Shown here piece after piece: positions 9,630 through 19,984 of a stretch of DNA of 64,000 bases; within the stretch, counting starts at the first letter, position 1; each line of letters opens with the position of its first letter. The translations under genes and the position numbers were made by a program. Source of the stretch: a bacterium (GTDB taxonomy: Bacteria > DRYD01). The DNA is taken from NCBI GenBank assembly GCA_039630415.1, contig JBCNVB010000013.1, positions 160,001-224,000 on the forward strand, read 5' to 3'. Under the pieces are notes generated by a model. It saw nothing but the letters and a program-made list of their open reading frames with translations. It did not search any database and was not told where the DNA came from.

Positions 9630-11606
9630 TTAGGTTTTAAGACATATGGTTTGCTTAATTTGTTCATATAGTTGTTGTATGTTAGGATTGATAAGTTTTT
9701 GTTTTATGGTATGATTGTTTATTTGTAGGAAAATATTGAGTTCGATGGTGTTGTCTTGTTTTATTTGTGCGTTTATACCGAGAGGGAATGAACATCCCAA
9801 TTCTAATAGTCCCATTAATTCTCTTTCTATGGAGACTTCTTTTCTATGTTTAGGGTTATCTATTTGTTGTAGTAATTCGGATAGGTAGCTATGTTTTCGA
9901 GTTTGGATGGCTATTGCTCCTTGTCCTGGGCAGGGAACCATTTGGTCTATTGGGAAAATGTAACTTACTAATTTTTCTAGTTTTAGCCTTTTAATTCCTG
10001 CGTAGGAGAGTACGATAGCGTCGTACTCTTCGTTCTTGAGTTTTTTTATTCTACTATCTACGTTTCCTCTGATTGGTTTGATAATTAGGTCATTTCTTAG
10101 CATTTCAAGTTGGATTTTTCTTCTAAGGCTTGATGTGCCTATTATTGATTGTGGTTTTAGTTCCCATAGGTTGAGGTTGTTTTTTGATATTAATACGTCA
10201 TTGGGTTCTTCTCTTAGTGGAATTGCTGCTATAGTTAGGTATGGATGTATTTTGTAGGGAACATCCTTTAAACTATGAATAGCAATATCTATTTCTTCTT
10301 TTATTAGGGCTTCTTCAAGTTCTTTAACGAAGGAATTGGTTGTGAATATGTTTTTATCTCCGCTTGTTTTTATAGTTATTACGTAGAAGTCAAGGTCTGG
10401 GAAATAGAGTTTTAGGAGTTCGAGGATAATATTTGTTTGTGTTAGAGCTAATTTTGATCCTCTGGTGCCAACTACTACTTTCCTTTTCTTTGTTTTTATG
10501 TATAAATCTTTTATCACTTGTATAGGTTTTTCTAGAGTTTGGTTGATTATTTTTTGATTCACATACTTCAGAAAGTCTTTGATTTCTTTTTCATCTTTTT
10601 TTTCTATTATTTTTATGATTTCGCTGTAGTATTTGTTTATCTTTTCTTCAGCTATTGTCAGGGGGTATTGGTAGAGAGATTTTATTTCTTCTCTTATTTC
10701 ATCTACTATCAATTTATTTATGAATTCGTTAACTTTGGAGTTAAGGAATGTGTGAATTATTTTTTGGTCGTCTAAATTATGATAGATTGGGTAGAGTTCT
10801 TTTAGTTTGTCTAGGTCAAATAATGTATATTTTTTAGCAAGGGTAGGAGAGATAGTTCTTGGTACTGACAGGTCAAAAATTATTGAATCTGGTGGTATAT
10901 AGTCTTGATCTTCTAGTATATATTTGTTTTCATTGGTTGCGGATATTATAATGATTTTTTCGTTTAGTTGAGAGATTTTTTGTTTTAGTAATTGTTTAGG
11001 TATTCCTTCAGAATTGGAAAATATAGTGATATTTTTAAAATGCTGTTTGAGAGTTGAGTGGATAGCTTTGTTTACTGAGCCGTACCCTACCAAAATTAGG
11101 GGGGTTTGTGAAGGTGTATTTTTTATTGTTTCGTAAACTATTTGGGCAAGATTTTGTTGATGAGTTTTTAGTTTTGGGAGAATAAATGTGTGGAATTCTT
11201 TATGTATTGAAAAGCATGATAGGATAAGTTGTTGTAGGATTGGATTTATTTTATTTTGTTGATTTTTGAAATGTTTTTTTATTTGGTTTATGATGTCGGT
11301 TTCTGCAAAGATTTGTGATTCTAGACCGCAAGCTATTTTGAATAGATGCTTTATTGCCTCTATGCCAGTTCTTAATTTAGGGTCTATGCCTGGAAATACA
11401 TTTTCTCTGAAATTCTCAATTTCAGATCGATCTGACAAAAGGAAAAAGGATACTCTATTGCAAGTGAAGAGAGCGAAGAAATCAGATGGTTTTATTTTTG
11501 TTCTTAGTTTTTCTAGTTCTTCTGGGGTTTGGTAATATTTTTCCCTTACTTCCAGGGGAGTTTGTTTATCTATTTCCAAATTGTGTATTTTTTTTATTAT
11601 TTCCAT
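9630..11606 (-). CDS. hemA-hemC: Fused glutamyl-tRNA reductase (HemA) / hydroxymethylbilane synthase (HemC)
   Basis: N-half: TPLEVRE, TCNR, HLFKIACGLES, DLSVPR. C-half: GTRGSKLALTQ, IHSLKD, GTSSLRR, IRGNVDSRI, PGQGA, LGC. One uninterrupted ORF. Confidence 0.92.
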   Translation of the reverse strand: MEIIKKIHNLEIDKQTPLEVREKYYQTPEELEKLRTKIKPSDFFALFTCNRVSFFLLSDRSEIENFRENVFPGIDPKLRTGIEAIKHLFKIACGLESQIFAETDIINQIKKHFKNQQNKINPILQQLILSCFSIHKEFHTFILPKLKTHQQNLAQIVYETIKNTPSQTPLILVGYGSVNKAIHSTLKQHFKNITIFSNSEGIPKQLLKQKISQLNEKIIIISATNENKYILEDQDYIPPDSIIFDLSVPRTISPTLAKKYTLFDLDKLKELYPIYHNLDDQKIIHTFLNSKVNEFINKLIVDEIREEIKSLYQYPLTIAEEKINKYYSEIIKIIEKKDEKEIKDFLKYVNQKIINQTLEKPIQVIKDLYIKTKKRKVVVGTRGSKLALTQTNIILELLKLYFPDLDFYVITIKTSGDKNIFTTNSFVKELEEALIKEEIDIAIHSLKDVPYKIHPYLTIAAIPLREEPNDVLISKNNLNLWELKPQSIIGTSSLRRKIQLEMLRNDLIIKPIRGNVDSRIKKLKNEEYDAIVLSYAGIKRLKLEKLVSYIFPIDQMVPCPGQGAIAIQTRKHSYLSELLQQIDNPKHRKEVSIERELMGLLELGCSFPLGINAQIKQDNTIELNIFLQINNHTIKQKLINPNIQQLYEQIKQTICLKT

Positions 11607-11701
11607 CGGCTTAATTATAAAATTAATTTTTATTTTTTTATAACCTCTATGTTTGATAGAGATTGTAAGGTAAAAGGGTTTTTTTAAAGAAATAAATAAT
11701 C

Positions 11702-12247
11702 GTGAGAGAGCATAATTTTTTTGAAATTGTAATGATACTTGTAATTATTCTATTTTTTGTTTTGTTGTATAGTAGATTTTATGTATGTGATGATCAAGTA
11801 GGTCAGGGTATATATGAAGCGAAAACATTCTTACCTTCTGCAAAGGGAAATACAGTAGCGATTATATTCTACTATTCTGATAGAATTTATACTTTTTATG
11901 CTGCAAGATCTTTTACAAATCTATACATAACTTCTAGAGGTTATACTATAAGATCTACCATTTTTCTTGATCGATTTTCAAATCTCGAAGAATATTTATT
12001 TGTAAAAAATCATCTTGTACATAAAAAACCTATTTTTATACATCTTTCTCCTGATAATTCTTTTCTATACTTTAATAATCAGGTATATAAATTGGAGCAT
12101 GATTTAAGGATGAAAAGTTATAGGATATTTGATAAAAATGTAGTTGATTTGCAGGTGAATGTCTACCTACGAAGTATTTTAGATTTAGGTGACAAATTAA
12201 AGCTAAAAAAAATTGAGTTTAAGATCGCATTGTTGAAAAAACGATAG
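11702..12247 (+). CDS. Hypothetical protein with N-terminal membrane anchor
   Basis: 181-aa ORF, hydrophobic N-terminal helix, first gene of a co-directional run. Confidence 0.6.
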   Translation: MREHNFFEIVMILVIILFFVLLYSRFYVCDDQVGQGIYEAKTFLPSAKGNTVAIIFYYSDRIYTFYAARSFTNLYITSRGYTIRSTIFLDRFSNLEEYLFVKNHLVHKKPIFIHLSPDNSFLYFNNQVYKLEHDLRMKSYRIFDKNVVDLQVNVYLRSILDLGDKLKLKKIEFKIALLKKR

Positions 12248-12258
12248 TAACTTCGGAA

Positions 12259-12993
12259 ATGGAAAAAATAGAGGATAAAGTAGGTAAGAGGAAAAATACT
12301 TCGGAGGATCAAAAAATAGTAAACCTTTTTATCAAAAACTCTCAAATTTTTGAGGGTTTATCTAAGCATGAAATTCAGAATTTAGTTAATCAAATTAGAC
12401 TTAAAAGGATATCCAAAATTCAAAAAATATCTTTTAAAGATTTGGAATCCAAGCAGAATAAGGCGTACCTTACAAACTACTGTTTTCTATATAGCAATTA
12501 CGTATTATTCCTGGTAGAGAATAACTATAAAAATGTAGTGATTGATACTTTTTACCCCTATGAGTTGATTGATTTTGAACTATTAAAGGTGGTTCCTGAG
12601 GGAAGTTTTATAATACCCCGTAAGACTATTATTTTTATGATCCCTGATAATACTCAAACCAATCAATTATTTAGAAGAAGGATCGAGGAAAACAAAAAGA
12701 AAAGAATTAGGCAAAAATATCTTGAATTAGCTAACTATAAATCTCTTGACAGTCTTAACAAACTACTATATTTTCTATATTCCTACGCAAAAAGAGCTAA
12801 GAATAACAACTATTATTTACTAATCAATAACAAAAAGTGGATATCGTACATAATTGGTAACTCTCATGAAGTGATTGTTAGGAATTTTAAGAAAATCCAG
12901 AGAATGAATTACATACAACAGGGGAAGGATGGAATAAAAATAGATATTCAGAGGTTAGAGCAATGGGCAAAAAAGTTAAAAATTATACAATAG
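12259..12993 (+). CDS. Crp/Fnr-family transcription regulator (degenerate)
   Basis: N-terminal IFEGLSKHEIQNL; C-terminal wHTH KWISYIIGNSHEVIVRNFKKIQRMNYIQ...IKIDIQRL resembles the Crp HTH. Confidence 0.65.
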   Translation: MEKIEDKVGKRKNTSEDQKIVNLFIKNSQIFEGLSKHEIQNLVNQIRLKRISKIQKISFKDLESKQNKAYLTNYCFLYSNYVLFLVENNYKNVVIDTFYPYELIDFELLKVVPEGSFIIPRKTIIFMIPDNTQTNQLFRRRIEENKKKRIRQKYLELANYKSLDSLNKLLYFLYSYAKRAKNNNYYLLINNKKWISYIIGNSHEVIVRNFKKIQRMNYIQQGKDGIKIDIQRLEQWAKKLKIIQ

Positions 12994-14336
12994 TACTGTT
13001 ATTTATCCTACTTTACCTCGTTTATTCTAAAGCGGCTGATATAACGCAAGAAATACAAAAATATATTGATAACAAAGATTATCACAAAGCTATAGAGATT
13101 TTAGAGTCTAAAAAATCCTCTTTGGGTTTGGATTACTATTGTACTATGGCAATAATTTATGCTAACTTAAACAAAGATTATGTCCCAATTTTGAAAAATG
13201 CCAAAGAAATATTCGTAAGTAATGTAAAGCAGGAAAATCAGAAAAACAAAAATTTTTCCAAGATTTTATACACATTCGGTTATATAGAGTACTATATAAA
13301 GCAGAGCATTTACAACTCTGAGATATACTTTAAGGAGGCTATCAGGTATGATGAAAATAATGTGAAGGCTATAGTAGCTATAGCACAGGTTTACTATGAT
13401 AAAAACGAGACTGAAAAATCTGAGCAAATGCTTGATAAAGCCTTTGATATACTTAAACAAAATAAACAACTAACGCCTGAATTCTTAAAGATATATAGTC
13501 AAGTTTTAATTGAAAACAAAAGATATACTAAGATTATAAACATACTAAAGCCATATATAGATAAGTACAGTATAGTCAAGTTATTCTATGCTAAGGCTTT
13601 AACTTTTGTAGATGAGAATATAGAGGCTAATAGAATTATAGTGGACTTTTTAAGGCAGAATTCAGATAATTTAGAGGCTTACTATATTCTTGGTTTAACT
13701 TACAAGGGATCTAAGGCTAAAATTAACGAAGGGATAGATTTAATAGAAAATCTTAATCCTGAAAAAAATGATAGATATTACCTAAAATTAGCACAGTTTT
13801 ATGAGGGTCTGGGAGACGTAGAAATGGCTATTAATTACTACGATAAAGTTCTGTCCATGAATAAAACAAACGAGAAATACTATGTACTTGCAATAACATA
13901 TGCTATAGATACTGGTTTTACTTCAAGAGCTATTAATTGGGCTTGGGAATACTATAATATGAACCCACAAAACTTTTACTCTAATCTATTTCTAGCAATG
14001 TGCTATGAATATCAAAAACAATTTGAGTATTCAAAGAAGTACTACTATCAGGCTATTGAAATAGATCCTTCCAGATATGAGCCTTATGTTAGACTTGCAT
14101 GGATAGTTCTTGAGCAAGAGGCAGATTTTAACTTATCGGCTGAAATTCTTCTGAAAGGGTACAATAACGTAAAAGATAGTTACTACAAAAATAGGTTTAA
14201 AAAAGCTTTGAAGGATTTAGTAGAACTTGAAGAAGAATTCAAAAGAAGATATAAACAGAAAACTAACCAGGAAATATCAAAACCAATAAGACCGGATCTA
14301 AAGGAAAAGATTATGAACATTATAAGAGAGAATTGA
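12963..14336 (+). CDS. Exported tetratricopeptide-repeat protein
   Basis: Signal/TM N-terminus; repeated TPR patterns (YFKEAIRYDENN, AYYILG, YYQAIEIDPS). Confidence 0.8.
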   Translation: MGKKVKNYTIVLLFILLYLVYSKAADITQEIQKYIDNKDYHKAIEILESKKSSLGLDYYCTMAIIYANLNKDYVPILKNAKEIFVSNVKQENQKNKNFSKILYTFGYIEYYIKQSIYNSEIYFKEAIRYDENNVKAIVAIAQVYYDKNETEKSEQMLDKAFDILKQNKQLTPEFLKIYSQVLIENKRYTKIINILKPYIDKYSIVKLFYAKALTFVDENIEANRIIVDFLRQNSDNLEAYYILGLTYKGSKAKINEGIDLIENLNPEKNDRYYLKLAQFYEGLGDVEMAINYYDKVLSMNKTNEKYYVLAITYAIDTGFTSRAINWAWEYYNMNPQNFYSNLFLAMCYEYQKQFEYSKKYYYQAIEIDPSRYEPYVRLAWIVLEQEADFNLSAEILLKGYNNVKDSYYKNRFKKALKDLVELEEEFKRRYKQKTNQEISKPIRPDLKEKIMNIIREN

Positions 14337-14354
14337 AGATAAGGAGGAATCTGT

Positions 14355-15506
14355 ATGAATTTGTACGAGTATCAAGGAAAGAAGCTATTCCAAAAATATG
14401 GTATACCAACCACACAGGGAATACTAATATCCAAAGAGCAAGAGAATGATTACATATATTTACAGGAATTACAGCAGCAGTTAACTTTTCCGGTAGTTAT
14501 CAAAGCCCAGGTAAAGGTAGGTGGAAGAGGTAAGGCCGGTGGTATTAAAGTCGCCAAAAATAATGAAGAATTTATGAAATATATAAAGCAGATCTTAAAT
14601 ATGCAAATAAAAGGTGTAAAGGTGAACAAAGTTCTCATAGACCAGTATATCCCCATAGAAAATGAAATGTATATGAGTTTTATGATAGATCGTAGTAAGT
14701 GTAAGGTTATATTTATTTTCTCTGCTTGTGGAGGTGTAGATATAGAGGAGATAGCGGAGAAAAACCCAGAAAAAATATCAAAGCAGTATTTGGACAATAG
14801 AGATTTACTTGAACATCAAATAAGAGATACTATACTAAAGGTATACAATACTGATTTAAATATTGCCAAACAAATAGAGTCGATAGCAATCAAGCTATAC
14901 AGGTTATTTAAAGAAAATCACTGTGTACTTGCAGAGATAAATCCTTTGGTTACCTATGGTTCTGGCTTAATTGCTTTAGATGCTAAAATAATCTTAGACG
15001 AGAATGCTTTTGCATATATAGAGGATGAATTAGAAGAAGATGAGGAAAGGTCACCTATTGAACAGGAAGCAAAGGATTCTGGTATAGCATATGTTGAGCT
15101 TGACGGGAATATAGGAGTAATAGGTAATGGTGCTGGATTAGTTATGTATACGATTGACTTGATAAACTTGTATGGTGGTAAAGCGGCAAATTTTCTAGAT
15201 GTTGGCGGTGGAGCAAGAGCAGAGAAAATTAAGCAGAGTATAAACCTGGTTATGAAAAATCCCAAAGTTAAGGGTTTATTCATAAACATATTTGGTGGTA
15301 TAACCAGATGCGATGAAGTAGCTACTGGAATTCTACAAGCTTATCAGGAGAATAACTATACTACTCCTCTTGTGGTTAGACTTCAAGGAACTAATTATGA
15401 AGAAGGTAAAAGGATATTGCAAACTCTTAAAGAAAAGTTGAGTTTTGAAATAACAGAATCTGCAGAGGAAGGAGCACAAAAAATAGTAAGCATCATCAAT
15501 AAATGA
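14355..15506 (+). CDS. sucC: Succinyl-CoA synthetase beta subunit
   Basis: MNLYEYQGK, KAQVKVGGRGKAGGI, EINPL, GNGAGL, NFLDVGGG, NIFGGITRCD, RLQGTN; AGGAGG RBS. Confidence 0.93.
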   Translation: MNLYEYQGKKLFQKYGIPTTQGILISKEQENDYIYLQELQQQLTFPVVIKAQVKVGGRGKAGGIKVAKNNEEFMKYIKQILNMQIKGVKVNKVLIDQYIPIENEMYMSFMIDRSKCKVIFIFSACGGVDIEEIAEKNPEKISKQYLDNRDLLEHQIRDTILKVYNTDLNIAKQIESIAIKLYRLFKENHCVLAEINPLVTYGSGLIALDAKIILDENAFAYIEDELEEDEERSPIEQEAKDSGIAYVELDGNIGVIGNGAGLVMYTIDLINLYGGKAANFLDVGGGARAEKIKQSINLVMKNPKVKGLFINIFGGITRCDEVATGILQAYQENNYTTPLVVRLQGTNYEEGKRILQTLKEKLSFEITESAEEGAQKIVSIINK

Positions 15507-15961
15507 AAGGCATTGAATATCTAAATCAAATAGAGGGTAAGATCATAGAAATTCTGAAATTTTATAATCAGACTTCCTATTGTCCATATTCGAATTTCAG
15601 GGTATCTGCTTGTTTAGTGATAAGAAATAATAAACTTAACGAACTTAATTTTGTTGGTGGATGTAATGTGGAAAATTCATCGTATGGGTTAAGTATATGT
15701 GCTGAGAGAAACTTGATTTTCAAATGTATTTCTGAAGGCTATTTTCCTGATGGTAAAAATCTGGACTGGATATTCTTATGTTTATACGTACCTGTCAAAA
15801 AATTTATTTCTCCCTGTGGAGCATGTAGACAAGTAATTTCGGAGTTTGTTGATGATATACCGATTGTTATCTATAACCAAGAACTTCAAAGGAAGGTTTT
15901 ATATTTGTCAGAAATATTTAAGGAAAGATTTTCTCCAACGGACTTAAAAAATTTTCAGTAA
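15503..15961 (+). CDS. cdd: Cytidine deaminase (CAE...PCxxC type)
   Basis: PYSNFRV, GCNVENSSYGLSICAER, SPCGACRQ. Confidence 0.93.
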   Translation: MKGIEYLNQIEGKIIEILKFYNQTSYCPYSNFRVSACLVIRNNKLNELNFVGGCNVENSSYGLSICAERNLIFKCISEGYFPDGKNLDWIFLCLYVPVKKFISPCGACRQVISEFVDDIPIVIYNQELQRKVLYLSEIFKERFSPTDLKNFQ

Positions 15962-15977
15962 AGAAAGGAGTATAGGT

Positions 15978-17369
15978 ATGAAAGGAATAGTAGTTACAAA
16001 GCTTATTTTAGTCTTATTTTTGGTTTTGATGATAAGTGGAGCTTCTGCAAAAGAAACAATAAATGTGGTTTCATATATTACAAATTCATCAATAGAGAAT
16101 ATTTTAACTAAGCGTATTAACAGTGTAAGTCAGTCAAAAGTTTTGTCTTTATTTGAGGTTAGGTATCAGAATTTTAATAGTGTAAAAGATTTCATTGATA
16201 GAATTAGAAATAGAGATGTTGACATTGTTGTATGTCCTGTTGCAATGAAGGAGATAGTACAGAGAAAAATATCTGCTAATTATAGATACTGGAATGAGTA
16301 TTTTTCTAAAGCACCAACTTTCTATGCTGTTTACAAGACATATACGTTTGATTTCATGAAAAAATTAAGTTATGATGGAGAAAATGTAGAATTTTTGCCT
16401 CTTTTTGCCTACTCGTTTTACTATGATAGTTCTTTCCCAAATAATTTATCAAATCTAAATGTTATTGAGCTTCTTACAGTATATGATGTATTTTCAAAAG
16501 CTACTGACTATGTAAGTTTTTACTTAAAATATATTGCTTCAAAGAGGGAAGAATCATATATTTATCCTCTTAACGGGACATTACCAAAGGATAATGTAAA
16601 AATTTTGAACTTGAATGAAGGATTTATTAGGGTTGATACACCTTGTGTTGTTTACGGAGTTTTTGTTACGAATTTATCTGCAGATGTTAATAAAATCAAT
16701 GCAACAAATTTCTTAGCAACTAAGATATGGGATTTCGAAACACAGATAGATTTAACACTTGAAGTAGGGGTTTTGTGTTCAGATAAAAATACTACTTTAC
16801 ACCCAGGATTTGTTCAAAAACTAAAGGATAAAAGATTCTCTTTATTGTATAACAGCAAACTGGGTAAGTTAACGGAGTATAAGATAAACTATAACTTATT
16901 CAATGATGTTATTCTGATGATTTTGAATAATGTTAATGCTGAGAATATAGTTGGTTATTTGAATTCCTTTCTTTATAGTCCATTAGTTAATACAGAACTT
17001 CTCTATTCTAGCTATTCTAATTTGATTATACGGAGTGGTTTTAGGAACTATGTTCTAGCTGTATTCTCGGATAAAATGGAGATTAAAAAGCTAGTTTACT
17101 CGAACGATTTTATTAATCAGCAAATAGGAGTATTCGAAAAAGTAGTTAAACATAAAAATAAGCAAATAAAAAGATACCAATCGAAAAAAATATACGATAT
17201 AATATTTTTGATTCTAAATGAAGATAAGAGAATATTTGATATCGAAAACTATGGTATAAAAGTAAAGGAAAAAAATCCGTTAACAATAATTCACACTGAC
17301 AAAAAGCAAAATTTAGTATTCATCAAAAGAAAAACTCCTAATCATAATGTTGTACTAATCGCTAGGTAA
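15978..17369 (+). CDS. Exported protein, possibly a degenerate extracellular solute-binding protein with an extra C-terminal domain
   Basis: Signal peptide (ASA|K); DVDIVV, YDGENVEFLP...YYD and A.NFL...W..ETQ...G.L echo sugar-binding-protein patterns. Confidence 0.4.
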   Translation: MKGIVVTKLILVLFLVLMISGASAKETINVVSYITNSSIENILTKRINSVSQSKVLSLFEVRYQNFNSVKDFIDRIRNRDVDIVVCPVAMKEIVQRKISANYRYWNEYFSKAPTFYAVYKTYTFDFMKKLSYDGENVEFLPLFAYSFYYDSSFPNNLSNLNVIELLTVYDVFSKATDYVSFYLKYIASKREESYIYPLNGTLPKDNVKILNLNEGFIRVDTPCVVYGVFVTNLSADVNKINATNFLATKIWDFETQIDLTLEVGVLCSDKNTTLHPGFVQKLKDKRFSLLYNSKLGKLTEYKINYNLFNDVILMILNNVNAENIVGYLNSFLYSPLVNTELLYSSYSNLIIRSGFRNYVLAVFSDKMEIKKLVYSNDFINQQIGVFEKVVKHKNKQIKRYQSKKIYDIIFLILNEDKRIFDIENYGIKVKEKNPLTIIHTDKKQNLVFIKRKTPNHNVVLIAR

Positions 17370-17385
17370 GTTTCGAGCATTTAGT

Positions 17386-18294
17386 ATGCATGTAGTTAAG
17401 ATTAGAAAGTACTCTGTTTATGTGATTATTTTTATTGTTGAATTTTTAATCTTATACGGATACTTTATTGTTTTGGATAAGATTAAGCTAAGTAGATATT
17501 ATTTTCAGATGCAACAAAAATCTATTTACAATATTGATTATTCTCTTTCAAAGGGTTATGTTGATACGTTTTTTTTATCTGTGAGGGATTACATTATTTG
17601 GGAGGGACAGGAAGGCAAGTTAATAGAAAGAAAGCAGAGAATAGAAGATTTACTTAGGAATAATTTTCTAACTTCTGATGCTTACTATTTGTCTAAAGCA
17701 CTGCTAGACAAAGATAACAGACCTTTTTTTCTAAAGAATGCTATGCAATCAAATGATGTTTACATAAAATATATTGCCTCCGTGTATTACTACATTTTGG
17801 TCAGTAGACAGTTATCAAAAGCTCTAGCAAGTAGTTATCAAGATTGGAAGGAGAATATTGATCCTAAATACAGATGGATTCTGGATTTGGTTGATAAGCC
17901 TCTTTTCAATATAGCCAAAAATTACCTACTTGTAAGTAAATTGAAGGATGTAGCAATCAAATCACCTAATCCAATATTGTCTTCTATATGCATAGCTGCT
18001 TTGATAGCGGTTGAGTACAAAGATGAGACTTTTTACAGTCGTTTTTTAAGCTCTAATTATCCACTTCTATTCGTAGTTTGTACTGTTGGGTTATACGTAA
18101 CCTCATCGAGTTCACAACTTAAAGAGCATCAGAAATATAGTTATTTTATATTTAATAAGCCAGATTTGTATAGGTATTATAGCATTCTACTGATTGTCAA
18201 GTATTCCAAACCTTCGATTTATAGATTTCTTTTAAGTTCTGATGTTAAGGATTATAAAGAGCATACTATTTGTATTTTGATGATGATAAACTAG
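17386..18294 (+). CDS. Hypothetical membrane-anchored helical protein
   Basis: 302-aa ORF with N-terminal TM, inside a co-directional run. Confidence 0.6.
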   Translation: MHVVKIRKYSVYVIIFIVEFLILYGYFIVLDKIKLSRYYFQMQQKSIYNIDYSLSKGYVDTFFLSVRDYIIWEGQEGKLIERKQRIEDLLRNNFLTSDAYYLSKALLDKDNRPFFLKNAMQSNDVYIKYIASVYYYILVSRQLSKALASSYQDWKENIDPKYRWILDLVDKPLFNIAKNYLLVSKLKDVAIKSPNPILSSICIAALIAVEYKDETFYSRFLSSNYPLLFVVCTVGLYVTSSSSQLKEHQKYSYFIFNKPDLYRYYSILLIVKYSKPSIYRFLLSSDVKDYKEHTICILMMIN

Positions 18295-18316
18295 GGATAA
18301 TAAGTCGGGTTTTTTT

Positions 18317-19984
18317 ATGGAAGACTTGATCCTGAATATCAAAAAAACAATAAACTATGGAGATTTTTTTGGTAAGTATTTGAAATTGAAGAGGGTAGGC
18401 TCTACGTATATGTCAATATGTCCGTTTCATGCTGATAGTCAACCATCATTATCAGTAGATTTAGAAAGGGGATTGTGGTATTGTTTTGGCTGTAACAAAG
18501 GAGGGGATGTTTTCAATTTTGTTATGGAGATGGAAAACTGTTCATTCAAAGAAGCTCTTTATTACTTAGCTGATATTCTTAATATACCACTTCAGGATAA
18601 CCAGAACCTGGAAAGGTTGAAAGTTAAGATTGATTTTGAGTTGTATGAAAAGATATTGAGTTTTTATAGTAATGTTCTGAACAAAACAGAGGTTGGTCAA
18701 AGGGCTAGGAAATATCTGGAATCTAGAAAAGTGGGATCAGAAGTTTGGAAAAAATTCAGTTTGGGATATTGCCCCAAAAATATCAAAAATCTTCTAACTT
18801 TTTGTCAAAAAAAAGGAATAAGTATTGAATCACTGGTTAAAGTTGGATTAGTTTACAAAAAAGGAGAAGATTATCAGGAAATACTTAGTGGAAGAATTGT
18901 TATACCTATTTTTTCACACAATAGTAAGATATTAGGATTTGCGGGCAGAACGATTGAGGATGAACAACCAAAATATATCAACACTATAGGCTTAAATAAA
19001 TCTTCTACTTTATATGGCATTAATCTTGCTAAGAGTTATATAAAGTCTACAGGTAACGTTTTTTTAGTTGAGGGATATTTTGATGTATGGGCTCTTCATA
19101 GTATAGGTATCCAAAATGTTTTGGGTTTGATGGGAACTTCTATAACTAACAATCAAATTCAATTAATCAAAAGATATTGTTCTGAGGTGATACTAACTTT
19201 AGATTCTGATAAAGCAGGACAAATTTCTACTTTTAATCAATTGGTTAAGTTAGTATCAGAGAACTTGGTTGTAAAAGTGGTTATAATACAAGAAGCAAAG
19301 GATCCATCTGAATTACTATCTATTGATTCCCAAAAGCTTATTGAAAATTTGAACAATATCAAGTCTGATATTGATTACTTAACTCAATGTTATCTTTCCA
19401 CTATTGATATATACGAAAGGCAAAAATTTTTGGAAAAATTCATAGTACTTTTCCTACAAAGTGTGAAAAAAGAAATAATAAGAGAGGAATATATTAAGAA
19501 ATTTTCAAAAGAATCTTCTTTACCGTATACTTACTTAAGAAGATTGATAAAAAGTAAAATTGTATCAGATATAAGTTTGCAACAAAGAATAGATCTAGAA
19601 ATATACTTTGCTATTTTTTGCTTCGTTAACTTCGATATTTTTGAGAAGTATTATACAAGTGAATATCTAAAAGTGCAAAGAGATTACTTTGAAAAGGATA
19701 AGGCTTATATATTGTTTAAATATTTAGAGGAATGCGTTAGCAAAGGGATTCAACCAGCACAGAAAATCATTCATGACAATAATCTCACAGAAGAGCTAAA
19801 AATGGTTGTCAAAAACACAATAAAGCTAGATTCAAAAGAAAGGGAACTTTATTTTCTTGAATTATACAACAATTTAAGAAAAAAGTACTTGGTTAAGGAT
19901 TTAAAGGAATATATCAAAAAGGGTAACTATGAAAAAGCAAAGGAAATTGAAGAAGAACTTAGAAAATTGTCAAGAAACAAATAA
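18317..19984 (+). CDS. dnaG: DNA primase
   Basis: CPFH...WYCFGC zinc domain, GFAGR, PKYIN, VEGYFD, LDSDKAG, KDP. Confidence 0.96.
   Translation: MEDLILNIKKTINYGDFFGKYLKLKRVGSTYMSICPFHADSQPSLSVDLERGLWYCFGCNKGGDVFNFVMEMENCSFKEALYYLADILNIPLQDNQNLERLKVKIDFELYEKILSFYSNVLNKTEVGQRARKYLESRKVGSEVWKKFSLGYCPKNIKNLLTFCQKKGISIESLVKVGLVYKKGEDYQEILSGRIVIPIFSHNSKILGFAGRTIEDEQPKYINTIGLNKSSTLYGINLAKSYIKSTGNVFLVEGYFDVWALHSIGIQNVLGLMGTSITNNQIQLIKRYCSEVILTLDSDKAGQISTFNQLVKLVSENLVVKVVIIQEAKDPSELLSIDSQKLIENLNNIKSDIDYLTQCYLSTIDIYERQKFLEKFIVLFLQSVKKEIIREEYIKKFSKESSLPYTYLRRLIKSKIVSDISLQQRIDLEIYFAIFCFVNFDIFEKYYTSEYLKVQRDYFEKDKAYILFKYLEECVSKGIQPAQKIIHDNNLTEELKMVVKNTIKLDSKERELYFLELYNNLRKKYLVKDLKEYIKKGNYEKAKEIEEELRKLSRNK

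Noticed and set aside
4095..11606. RtcB and HemA-HemC both begin MEIIKK
   Set aside because: The codons differ, and A-rich N-termini are expected in an AT-rich genome; probably chance.
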